From: Actinomycetota bacterium
GTDB taxonomy: Bacteria > Actinomycetota > Acidimicrobiia > IMCC26256 > PALSA-555
Direction: 5' to 3'
Assembly: GCA_016870245.1 (NCBI GenBank)
Contig: VGCA01000002.1
Span: 1 to 58,207 of the forward strand
DNA: 58,207 nucleotides
Part shown: one piece after another, positions 1 through 8,335 of the stretch
Layout: every line of letters starts with the position of its first letter
Numbering within the stretch: the first letter of the stretch is position 1
The notes under the pieces: model-generated
What the model was told of the DNA's origin: nothing
The model's input: only the letters and a program-made list of their open reading frames with translations
The model's database searches: none
Position numbers and translations under genes: made by a program

Positions 1-752
1 CGGCTCCGGCGGCTCCGGCCCCGGAGGCCGACGCGCCGGCTCCGGCCGTGGTGCCGATGACGGTGATGCGCAAGCGCATCGCCGAGCACATGGTCCGCTC
101 GCACGCCACGAGCGCGCACGCGTACACGTCGGTCGAGGTCGACTTCGAGCGGATCACCCGGGTGCGGGCATCGCAGCGCGGGGCGTGGCGGGCCCGCGAG
201 GGCTTCTCGCTCACCTACCTGCCGTTCATCGCCCGCGCCGTGAGCGACTGCGTCGACGACTATCCGGTCGTCAACGCCAGCATCGACAGTGACAACCTGG
301 TGCTGCACCCCGCGCTGCACCTCGCCGTGGCGGTCGACCTCGCGTTCGAAGGCCTGATCGCGCCGGTGATCCGCAACGCGGAGGGAAAGCGGCTGCGCCA
401 GGTCGCCCGTGAGGTCAACGATCTCGCCACGCGGGCGCGGGCCAAGCAGCTGAGCCCCGACGAGGTGCAGGGTGGCACGTTCACCATCACCAACCCCGGG
501 CCCTTCGGCACCCACCAGACGCTCGCGATCATCAACCAGCCCCAGGTCGCCATCCTCGCGACCGACGGCATCACCAAGCGGGCGACGGTGGTGGAGGGCG
601 CCGACGGCGGCGACGTGATCGCGGTGCGGCACACCGGCCTGCTCACCCTCGGGTGGGACCACCGGGCGTTCGACGGCGCGTACGCGGCGGCGTTCCTCAA
701 CGCGATGCGAGACGTCCTCCAGACGCGCGACTGGGAGGCCGAGCTCGAGTGA
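1..752 (+). CDS. 2-oxoacid dehydrogenase E2 dihydrolipoamide acyltransferase, 5'-truncated by the window edge
   Basis: Frame is open from base 3 with an Ala/Pro linker (APAAPAPEADAPAP). Catalytic-domain motifs GGTFTITNPG, IINQPQVAIL and DHRAFDG are present. Adjacent to lipoylation genes. Confidence 0.92.
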   Translation, partial: APAAPAPEADAPAPAVVPMTVMRKRIAEHMVRSHATSAHAYTSVEVDFERITRVRASQRGAWRAREGFSLTYLPFIARAVSDCVDDYPVVNASIDSDNLVLHPALHLAVAVDLAFEGLIAPVIRNAEGKRLRQVAREVNDLATRARAKQLSPDEVQGGTFTITNPGPFGTHQTLAIINQPQVAILATDGITKRATVVEGADGGDVIAVRHTGLLTLGWDHRAFDGAYAAAFLNAMRDVLQTRDWEAELE

Positions 753-759
753 GCCGGCC

Positions 760-2484
760 ATGACCACGCTCCGCGCCCGGTGGCTGGGTCGCGTGGCGTA
801 CGCGGAGGCGAGCGACCTCCAGCGCGCGCTGCACGGGCAGGCCGACGACGACTACCTGCTGCTGCTCGAGCACCCACACGTGTACACGCTGGGCACCCGC
901 GCCGACCCGGCGCACGTGCTCGTGCCACCCGCGCAGGTGGGCGCCGACCTCGCGGTCACCGACCGGGGCGGCGACGTCACCTACCACGGGCCGGGCCAGC
1001 TCGTGGGCTACCCGATCGTCACGCTGCCCGAGTGGCAGGACGGCCGGGCCGATGTCGTCGCCTACGTGCGCGCACTCGAGCGGGTGCTCGTTGCCGTGCT
1101 CGGCGACTTCGGCGTCCCCGCCCACACCGAGGACGGGTACACCGGCGTGTGGGCGGGCCCCGACAAGGTCGGCGCGATCGGCGTGAAGGTCGCCGGCCGG
1201 CGCACGCGCCACGGTGTCGCCCTCAACGTCGACCCCGACCTGACGATGTTCGGCCACATCGTCCCGTGTGGCATCGCCGACCGCGGCGTCACGTCCCTCG
1301 CCCGGTTGCTCGGCACGGCGCCATCCGTCACCGACGTTGCCGACCGAATGACCGCGCGCTTCGCCGAGACCCTCGGCTACGCCGATGTCGACGTCCAGTC
1401 CGTCGCGACACTCGTCCCCCGCCCCGACCATGTGACGCTCAGCCACACCATGCGTGGCTCGGCGTCACATGCTGGGGCGGCGCCCGAACATGTGACGCTG
1501 GACCACAGCATGCGTGGCTCGGCGTCACATGCTGGGGCGGCGGAGCCGGTCCGGCTCCTCGGTCGCCTGGCCGCGGCGGGGGTGGAGGTGCCCGCGCCCG
1601 ACGCCGCCTTCCGGCGCCCCGACTGGATGAAGGTCCGGGCCGACCTCGGGCCCGACTACCTCGCCACCAAGCGCCTGATGCGCAGTCTCTCGCTCACCAC
1701 GGTGTGCGAGGAGGCGGGCTGCCCCAACATCTACGAGTGCTGGGCCGATCGCACCGCCACGTTCATGGTCCTCGGGGAGCGCTGCACCCGGGCCTGCGGC
1801 TTCTGCCTGGTCGACACCCGCCATCCCCTGGCGCCGGAGGCCGACGAGCCGGCCCGGGTCGCCGACGCGGTGGTCACCCTCGGCCTGGCCCACGCGGTGG
1901 TCACCAGCGTGGCCCGCGACGACCTCCCCGACGGCGGCGCCGCGCACTTCGCCGCGACGATCGCCGCGATCCGCGAGCGCTCGCCGCACACGACCGTCGA
2001 AGTGCTGATCCCCGACTGCAAGGGCGACGCCGCCGCACTCGACGTGATCCTCGGCGCCCGGCCCGACGTGCTGAACCACAACCTCGAGACGGTTGCCCGG
2101 CTCCAGCGCGCGGTGCGCCCCAACGCGGGGTACGCCCGCTCGCTCACCGTGCTCGCCCGCGCCCGGGCCGCCGGGCTCGTCGCGAAGTCGGGGCTCATCG
2201 CCGGCCTGGGCGAGACCGACGACGAGATGCGCGCCGCGATCACCGACCTGCGCAACGTGGGGGTGGAGGTCCTCACCGTCGGCCAGTATCTCCGGCCGTC
2301 GCCCGCGCACGCGCCGGTCGTGCGCTGGTGGACACCCGACGAGTTCGGCGCGCTGCGGACCCTCGCCGAGGATCTCGGGTTCGCCCACGTGGAGTGCGGC
2401 CCGCTCGTGCGGTCCAGCTACCACGCGAAGCGGGCGGTGGAGACGACCACGCCGGTGACCATCGGCACGAGCCGGAGCGCCTGA
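760..2484 (+). CDS. lipB/lipA: Fused octanoyltransferase (LipB) and lipoyl synthase (LipA)
   Basis: N-half has EHPHVYTLG, RGGDVTYHGPGQLVGY and IVPCGI (LipB). C-half has CEEAGCPNIYEC, CTRACGFC and RSSY (LipA radical SAM). One uninterrupted ORF. Confidence 0.93.
   Translation: MTTLRARWLGRVAYAEASDLQRALHGQADDDYLLLLEHPHVYTLGTRADPAHVLVPPAQVGADLAVTDRGGDVTYHGPGQLVGYPIVTLPEWQDGRADVVAYVRALERVLVAVLGDFGVPAHTEDGYTGVWAGPDKVGAIGVKVAGRRTRHGVALNVDPDLTMFGHIVPCGIADRGVTSLARLLGTAPSVTDVADRMTARFAETLGYADVDVQSVATLVPRPDHVTLSHTMRGSASHAGAAPEHVTLDHSMRGSASHAGAAEPVRLLGRLAAAGVEVPAPDAAFRRPDWMKVRADLGPDYLATKRLMRSLSLTTVCEEAGCPNIYECWADRTATFMVLGERCTRACGFCLVDTRHPLAPEADEPARVADAVVTLGLAHAVVTSVARDDLPDGGAAHFAATIAAIRERSPHTTVEVLIPDCKGDAAALDVILGARPDVLNHNLETVARLQRAVRPNAGYARSLTVLARARAAGLVAKSGLIAGLGETDDEMRAAITDLRNVGVEVLTVGQYLRPSPAHAPVVRWWTPDEFGALRTLAEDLGFAHVECGPLVRSSYHAKRAVETTTPVTIGTSRSA
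1429..1542. repeat. Two tandem copies (60-bp period) of a 43-bp imperfect palindrome inside the lipB-lipA linker
   Basis: CATGTGACGC...GCGTCACATG at 1429-1471 and 1489-1531, each followed by CTGGGGCGGCG. Encodes HVTLxHxMRGSASHAGAA twice. Confidence 0.92.
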
Positions 2485-3026
2485 TGGGCCGCGTCCTCGA
2501 CGGCATCTCCAGGGAGCTGGCGGCGTTCCTCGAGGCCCAGCCGGTGTTCTTCGTGGCCACCGCGCCCGACGACCCCGATGGCCACGTGAACTGCTCGCCC
2601 AAGGGCCTCGACACCTTCCGGGTGATCGACGACCACACCGTCGCCTACCTCGACCTCACCGGCAGCGGCGTCGAGACGGTCGCCCACCTGCGCGACAACG
2701 GCCGGATCACGCTGATGTTCTGCGCGTTCGCCGGTCGCCCCGACATCGTGCGCCTCCACGGACGCGGTCGGGCGGTGGCGGCCGACGCCCCCGACGCCGC
2801 GCCGCTGCTCGCCCGCTTCCCGCCCGTCGCCGGCGCCCGTACCGTGATCGTGGTCGACGTCGAACGGGTCTCGAGCTCGTGCGGCTTCGGGGTGCCTCGG
2901 ATGACGCTCGACGGCCCGCGCGACGACCTCGTCACCTGGGCCGAGAAGAAGGGCCCCGACGGGATCACCCGCTACTGGCAGGACAAGAACGCCACCAGCA
3001 TCGACGGCCTGCCGGGGATCGCGTGA
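2484..3026 (+). CDS. Pyridoxamine 5'-phosphate oxidase-family FMN-binding protein
   Basis: ATG overlaps the lipA stop (TGATG). Motifs FFVATAP, VNCSPKG, YLDLTGSGVET and SSCGFGVP. Confidence 0.85.
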   Translation: MGRVLDGISRELAAFLEAQPVFFVATAPDDPDGHVNCSPKGLDTFRVIDDHTVAYLDLTGSGVETVAHLRDNGRITLMFCAFAGRPDIVRLHGRGRAVAADAPDAAPLLARFPPVAGARTVIVVDVERVSSSCGFGVPRMTLDGPRDDLVTWAEKKGPDGITRYWQDKNATSIDGLPGIA

Positions 3027-3051
3027 GCCGCGACCGGGACCGGGTGACTGC

Positions 3052-4140
3052 GTGAACCCCGATACCACCCGGCTGGCCCGCGCGCGGGAGCGCATGGGGG
3101 CGCTCGGCGTGGATGTGCTGCTCCTCTCGGTGGGCCCCGACCTGCCGTACCTGACCGGGTACGAGGCGATGCCGCTCGAGCGGCTCACCATGTTCGTGCT
3201 GCCCGTCGCCGGCGACCCGGTGCTGCTCGTGCCCCGGCTCGAGGCCCCCCGGGTGGAGGCGCGGCCCGACCTGTTCGTGCTCGAGACGTGGGACGAGACC
3301 GACGACCCGGTGGCCCGGGTGGCCGCGCTCGCAGGGTCCGTGGGGCAGGTGGCCATCGGCGACCAGACCTGGGCCCGGTTCGTGCTCGACCTCCAGCGCG
3401 CGCTGCCCGGCGCCGAGTTCTCGCCGGCCGGCCGGGTGCTGGCACCGTTGCGGGTCGTGAAGGACACCGCCGAGATCGACGCGCTGCGCCGGGCCGCCCA
3501 CGCGGTCGACGGGATCGCCGCGGAGATGCGCACCCGGCCGTTCGCCGGTCGGCGCGAGATCGACGTGCACCGCGAGCTCGTCGAGCGGATGCTCGAAGCC
3601 GGGCACGAGCGGGCCAACTTCGCGATCGTCGCCACGGCCGCCAACGCCGCGAGCCCCCACCACGAGCCGTCGTCCCGCGTGATCGCCGACGGCGACGTCG
3701 TGCTGTGCGACTTCGGCGGCACGATGGACGGCTACTGCTCCGACATCACCCGCATGTTCGTGGTGGGGGAGCCCACCGCCGAGGTGGCCGACACCTATGC
3801 CGTGCTGGTCGCCGCGCAGGAGGCCGGCGTGCAGGCGGCCACCGTGGGCACGCCCTGCGAAGCGGTCGACGCCGCCGCCCGACGGCTGATCGCGGATGCC
3901 GGGCTCGGCGAGCACTTCGTGCACCGCACGGGTCACGGGATCGGCACCGAGGCCCACGAGGACCCGTACGTCGTGGCCGGCAACCTCACGCCGCTGGCGG
4001 CGGGGCACGCGTTCAGCATCGAGCCGGGCATCTACCTGCCGGGCCGGTTCGGCCTGCGGCTCGAGGACATCGTCGTCGCGACCGCCACCGGGCCCGACCG
4101 GCTCAACGAGGCCGCGCGCGACCTCGCGGTCGTCGGCTGA
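3052..4140 (+). CDS. M24 Xaa-Pro aminopeptidase/dipeptidase
   Basis: Metal-binding motifs DFGG..GYCSDITR, HRTGHGIG, SIEPGIY and RLEDIV. Confidence 0.92.
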   Translation: MNPDTTRLARARERMGALGVDVLLLSVGPDLPYLTGYEAMPLERLTMFVLPVAGDPVLLVPRLEAPRVEARPDLFVLETWDETDDPVARVAALAGSVGQVAIGDQTWARFVLDLQRALPGAEFSPAGRVLAPLRVVKDTAEIDALRRAAHAVDGIAAEMRTRPFAGRREIDVHRELVERMLEAGHERANFAIVATAANAASPHHEPSSRVIADGDVVLCDFGGTMDGYCSDITRMFVVGEPTAEVADTYAVLVAAQEAGVQAATVGTPCEAVDAAARRLIADAGLGEHFVHRTGHGIGTEAHEDPYVVAGNLTPLAAGHAFSIEPGIYLPGRFGLRLEDIVVATATGPDRLNEAARDLAVVG

Positions 4141-4156
4141 CCTGCGCCGCCCGACC

Positions 4157-4936
4157 GTGCAGCTCGATCTCGCGTCCGTCCTGATCCAGTGGGCCGCCGG
4201 CGGCCTGCTGTTCCTGTGGGTCACCACGCGCCACCGTGTGCTCGGCATCGGCTACGGCTGGCTGCTGCGGTCGACGTACGCGGCCATGGCCGCGGGCGGG
4301 GTGGTGGCCGGGGTCGTGGCCACCGACGCCGGTGTGGCCGCGACCGTGCGCGACGTCGCCGGGGCGGCGATGGCCGGCGCCGCGCTGCTGGCGCTGGTGG
4401 TGTCGGTGGTCAAGAAGGGCAACGGCCTCGAGGGCCCGGGGTCGTTCCCGCCCGCGCTCGACCTGCTGGCTCCGGCGGTCGGGGCGATCGCGGTGGTGGC
4501 CGCGGCCGTCGCCACGGGCGGCAACGACCTGCTGGCGATCAGCCGCCTGGTGGTGGGGGCCGCGTTCATCGGCGTGATCACCGACGCGATGCTCCTCGGC
4601 CACTGGTACCTCGTGCAGCCGGGCCTCTCCCGCGAGCCGATCAAGGAGCTCGTGCGCTGGTCGCTGTGGATCACCCCGGTCGAGATCGTGCTGATGCTCG
4701 TCCCCACCGGCATGGTGCAGGTGCTCAACGGCACGATCGACGACGGCTGGGGTGGGCTGCTGGGATGGATGTGGGTGTTCTTCGCCTTCACCACGCTGGG
4801 CCTGCTGATCGCGTCGCGGGCCGCGCTGAAGGAGCCGTACTACTCCGCGGTGATGGCCACGACCGGCCTGCTCTACCTCGCCATCCTCACCGCCTTCGGC
4901 ACCGACGTGATGGCCCGGGCGGTGTTCGCGCCGTAG
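4157..4936 (+). CDS. Multi-pass membrane protein of unknown function
   Basis: GTG start inferred. About 8 hydrophobic segments, motif MLLGHWYLVQPGL, GC-rich third codon positions. Confidence 0.75.
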   Translation: MQLDLASVLIQWAAGGLLFLWVTTRHRVLGIGYGWLLRSTYAAMAAGGVVAGVVATDAGVAATVRDVAGAAMAGAALLALVVSVVKKGNGLEGPGSFPPALDLLAPAVGAIAVVAAAVATGGNDLLAISRLVVGAAFIGVITDAMLLGHWYLVQPGLSREPIKELVRWSLWITPVEIVLMLVPTGMVQVLNGTIDDGWGGLLGWMWVFFAFTTLGLLIASRAALKEPYYSAVMATTGLLYLAILTAFGTDVMARAVFAP

Positions 4937-5034
4937 CCGTCGGGCTCGCAGCCCGCGATGGTCCGGGATCGTGGCGTCGTCGGTGGTCATGGCGTTCGGC
5001 GGCCGGGCCGGGTTCGCCGTTACTCTTCTGGCCG

Positions 5035-5751
5035 ATGGTCGATCCGAACATCGAGGCGACGCTCAACCGGTCGCTGGACGCGCTCGACGGCGCCCACAAC
5101 TATCGCGACTGGATCTTCTCACTCGCGCGCCCGCACCTCGAGGGGCCGGTGCTCGAGGTCGGTGCCGGAACCGGAACGTTCACCGGGCTCCTCGCCGGCG
5201 TGGGCTCCGTGACCGCGGTCGAGCCGGCCGACTCCCTCGCCCGGTCCCTGAAGGAGCACTACGCGGACGATCCCCGTGTCGAGCTCGTCCACGGCGTGGT
5301 CGACGACCTGCCGATGGAGGAGCGCTTCGCCTCGGCGGTCATGCTGAACGTGTTGGAGCACATCGAGGACGACACGGGTGCCCTCGTCGAGATCCGTCGG
5401 CGACTGCTGCCCGGGGGCACGGTGGTGATCTGGGTCCCGGCCTTCCAGATGCTGTACAGCCGCTTCGACGAGATGCTCGGGCACCAGCGCCGCTACCGCG
5501 TCGCCCCACTCCGCACGCTCGTCGATCACAGCGGCTACACGGTGCTCGACGCGCGGTACGTGAACGTCGTCGGATGGTTCGCGTGGTTGGTGGTCGCTCG
5601 CCTGCTCGGTCGCATCCCCGTGTCCTCCGACTCGATCTCGATCTACGACCGCGTCGTGGTCCCGATGGTGCGGGCCGTCGAGCGATCGGTGCGACCGCCG
5701 TTCGGGCAATCGGTCCTCGTCGTGGCGCGGAAGCCCCTCGGTGGCGCATGA
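5035..5751 (+). CDS. Class I SAM-dependent methyltransferase, glycan-locus type
   Basis: Motifs VLEVGAGTG, NVLEHIEDD and GHQRRY. Confidence 0.87.
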   Translation: MVDPNIEATLNRSLDALDGAHNYRDWIFSLARPHLEGPVLEVGAGTGTFTGLLAGVGSVTAVEPADSLARSLKEHYADDPRVELVHGVVDDLPMEERFASAVMLNVLEHIEDDTGALVEIRRRLLPGGTVVIWVPAFQMLYSRFDEMLGHQRRYRVAPLRTLVDHSGYTVLDARYVNVVGWFAWLVVARLLGRIPVSSDSISIYDRVVVPMVRAVERSVRPPFGQSVLVVARKPLGGA

Positions 5752-8323
5752 CCCGATGACGGCGCCGCGGACCCGGAGCATCCCGTGGGGCCGGGTGGTC
5801 GCCATCGGGTTGCTGGGCCTCGCCATCGGCCTCGCCGGATGGGTGCGGTTCGGGTACGAGCGCGCTCCCGACCCCCAGCGCGTCACCGTGGTCGCGCGAT
5901 CACTCGACGTCGCGTTCGTCCTCGAACGCACCGCGGGGGACCCGGTCGCGGGGTACGAGCTGGTTGGCGACGGGTTCACGCAGCGGGCCGACGGCGTGTG
6001 GGAGGCGGATCGCCCGGGGGCGCGCATCACCTACTCGGGGTCCGTCGGCGGCCGAGCGTTGGTCCGCTTCGACTCCGGCCCCGACGGTGGCCGCGCGGTG
6101 GTGCGCACGGCCGCGGGTCCCGTGGCCCGCGTGGACCTGTCGGCCGACGAGCCGGGGACCGAGGTCGTCGCCGTCGACACACCACTGCGACTCCAACCCG
6201 CGAACATCCTCCTGCTCGTCCTGTCCATCGGGATCGGGGTCCTGCTCGCGCTCCTCGTGGTCCGGATCGTGGCGGCGATGGTGCGCCGCGTGGGGGTGGG
6301 CCGCGCGGTCGGCGGTCTCGCCGGGCTCGTCTTCGTCGCGGCGGTCGTCGTGGTGTGGTGGCTGCCCGCCCCCCGGATCATGCAGGCCGATGTCACCGTG
6401 ACCCACCCGGCCGGGTCGGCCGCGGTCGCCGTCGGGCTCGAACGCGCCGGCGGGGTGCCGCGCAGCGCGCTGGCCGACGACTTCGGCGGACCGGGGTGGA
6501 CCATGGTCGGTCGCCGCTCGGTGTCGACCGAGCCGGGCGCACAGACCCGATGGGCCGGCATGGTGAGCCCGGACGACACCCTGGAGCTCTCCGGCGACGG
6601 GCCGGGAGCCCGCGCGCTGGAGGTCGAGGTCGACGGCGTGTCGCGCCGGGTGGTGCTGGGCGACGACCGCCGCGCGTCCGTCTCCTTCGCCGACCTCGGG
6701 GCCGGAGCCGGGGTGACCGATGGCGCGATGCGGGTCGCCGCGCTCCTGGGTGACGTGCTGCTCGTCGCTGTCGGTCTCCTCCTCTTGGCAGCGGGAGCGT
6801 TCCTGATCGTCCGCCGGGTGCGCGGTGGGCGGCGACCGACCGTCCCTCACCCGTCGACCGGTGGCGACGCGAGCTGGCGTCTGACCTGGGGCCTCGCCTC
6901 GGTGCCGCTCATCGGCTGGCTCGTCCTGCTGGCGGTGTTCTGGCCCGGTCCGATGAACCCGGACGCGATGAGCCAGTGGTTCCAGGTGCAGGACGACGTG
7001 CTCGCCGACTGGCACCCGTACCTGCTCGCCCTCCTCTTCGCCGGGACCCGGGCGATCGTCGACAGCCCGTGGTTGCCGATCCTCCTCGTCGTCGGGACGG
7101 CGGCGTTGCTCGCGGGTCGCGTCGGCGCGTGGAGCGTGGCGCGCGGCCGTTCGGTCGGGCAGACGGCCGGCTGGATGCTGCTCCTCGTAGCGGTCCCCGC
7201 CACGGCGCTGCACACGGTGACCCTGTGGAAGGACTCCTTCTACGGGATCGGCTTGCTCGGCCTGGTGCTGTGCCTCTGGCGGGTCGAGGACACCCGGGGC
7301 CTGTGGCTCGATCGAACCCGCAACGTCGTCCTCCTCGTGATCGCGGGCGCGGGGACGTGGCTCGTCCGCCACAACGGCTGGCCCGTCGTGCTCGGTGCCC
7401 TGCTGATCGCGCTGCTCGCCCATCGCGCTCAATGGCGCCGCTTCGTCGTCATCGCCGCCGCGATCGTGGTCATCGTCGGTGTGGTCCAGGTCCCGTTGGC
7501 GCGGATCCTCGACGTCGGGCCGAACCCGGTGGACGACATCGTGGTCGTACAGCACATCTCGATGCATCTCGCCGAGGGCACCGATCTCACGGCGAGTGAA
7601 CGCCGCCTTCTCGAGGAGCTCCGGCCGCTCGACGAGCCCTGGCCCTACTTGTGCAGCTCGATCCAGGCCACGTGGTCCGGACCCGACGTGATCCCCATGG
7701 ATCGCTACCTCGACCGGGCCTCGGAGCTGCGGTCTCTCGCGCTCAGGCTCGCGCTGCGCAATCCCGGCGCCGAGCTGCGGCACCTCGCGTGCGCGAGCAA
7801 GATCGTCTGGCAGCCGTGGTCGAGCGGCACCACGACCTACTTCATGGAGTGGTACGACAACGGTGGGCGGATCGACTACCTGCCCGTCTGGCTCCTGCGC
7901 TCGCCGATGGAGGAGCCGGGCAACACCGGCCTGGCCGTCGCGGTGTTCCGCCTCGTCGACCGCGCGCCGGATTGGCTCGTCCGACCCGCGCTGTACCTGT
8001 GGGTGCTGGTCGCGGCGATCGTCGTCTCGGTGCGCCGTTCACGGTCGTGGGCGCCGCTGCGCATGACCTCGCCCGTGCTCATCCAGAGCGTCGCCCTGGC
8101 CGCCGTCAACCTGGTCCAGGATGTTCGGTTCCAGTACGGAGTCGTGCTCGTCGCGGTGCTGATGGCGCCGTTGCTCTTCACCGTGCGCCGTGACGACGAC
8201 CCCGAGGGGCCGCCGCTCGTGTGGGCGGCCTGGCCGTCCGGTTTGTCGGATTCGGCGCCGCTGACGGCGGCGGGCACGTCCGAAGCCCCGGTGCAGGCCG
8301 GGTCGATCACGCCGGGCGGGTAG
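5741..8323 (+). CDS. Large membrane protein: two repeated extracytoplasmic domains plus a GT-C-like polytopic domain
   Basis: Many TM segments. Motifs WPGPMNPD, DWHP, LWKDSFY, RHNG and RFQY are paralleled in 20580..22025. Start may be the ATG at 5756. Confidence 0.68.
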   Translation: MAHDPMTAPRTRSIPWGRVVAIGLLGLAIGLAGWVRFGYERAPDPQRVTVVARSLDVAFVLERTAGDPVAGYELVGDGFTQRADGVWEADRPGARITYSGSVGGRALVRFDSGPDGGRAVVRTAAGPVARVDLSADEPGTEVVAVDTPLRLQPANILLLVLSIGIGVLLALLVVRIVAAMVRRVGVGRAVGGLAGLVFVAAVVVVWWLPAPRIMQADVTVTHPAGSAAVAVGLERAGGVPRSALADDFGGPGWTMVGRRSVSTEPGAQTRWAGMVSPDDTLELSGDGPGARALEVEVDGVSRRVVLGDDRRASVSFADLGAGAGVTDGAMRVAALLGDVLLVAVGLLLLAAGAFLIVRRVRGGRRPTVPHPSTGGDASWRLTWGLASVPLIGWLVLLAVFWPGPMNPDAMSQWFQVQDDVLADWHPYLLALLFAGTRAIVDSPWLPILLVVGTAALLAGRVGAWSVARGRSVGQTAGWMLLLVAVPATALHTVTLWKDSFYGIGLLGLVLCLWRVEDTRGLWLDRTRNVVLLVIAGAGTWLVRHNGWPVVLGALLIALLAHRAQWRRFVVIAAAIVVIVGVVQVPLARILDVGPNPVDDIVVVQHISMHLAEGTDLTASERRLLEELRPLDEPWPYLCSSIQATWSGPDVIPMDRYLDRASELRSLALRLALRNPGAELRHLACASKIVWQPWSSGTTTYFMEWYDNGGRIDYLPVWLLRSPMEEPGNTGLAVAVFRLVDRAPDWLVRPALYLWVLVAAIVVSVRRSRSWAPLRMTSPVLIQSVALAAVNLVQDVRFQYGVVLVAVLMAPLLFTVRRDDDPEGPPLVWAAWPSGLSDSAPLTAAGTSEAPVQAGSITPGG

Positions 8324-8335
8324 ATTCGTGCGGTC

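Noticed and set aside
1429-1542. Possible mini-CRISPR
   Set aside because: Only two units, a spacer of a few bases, located in frame in a CDS, and no cas genes.
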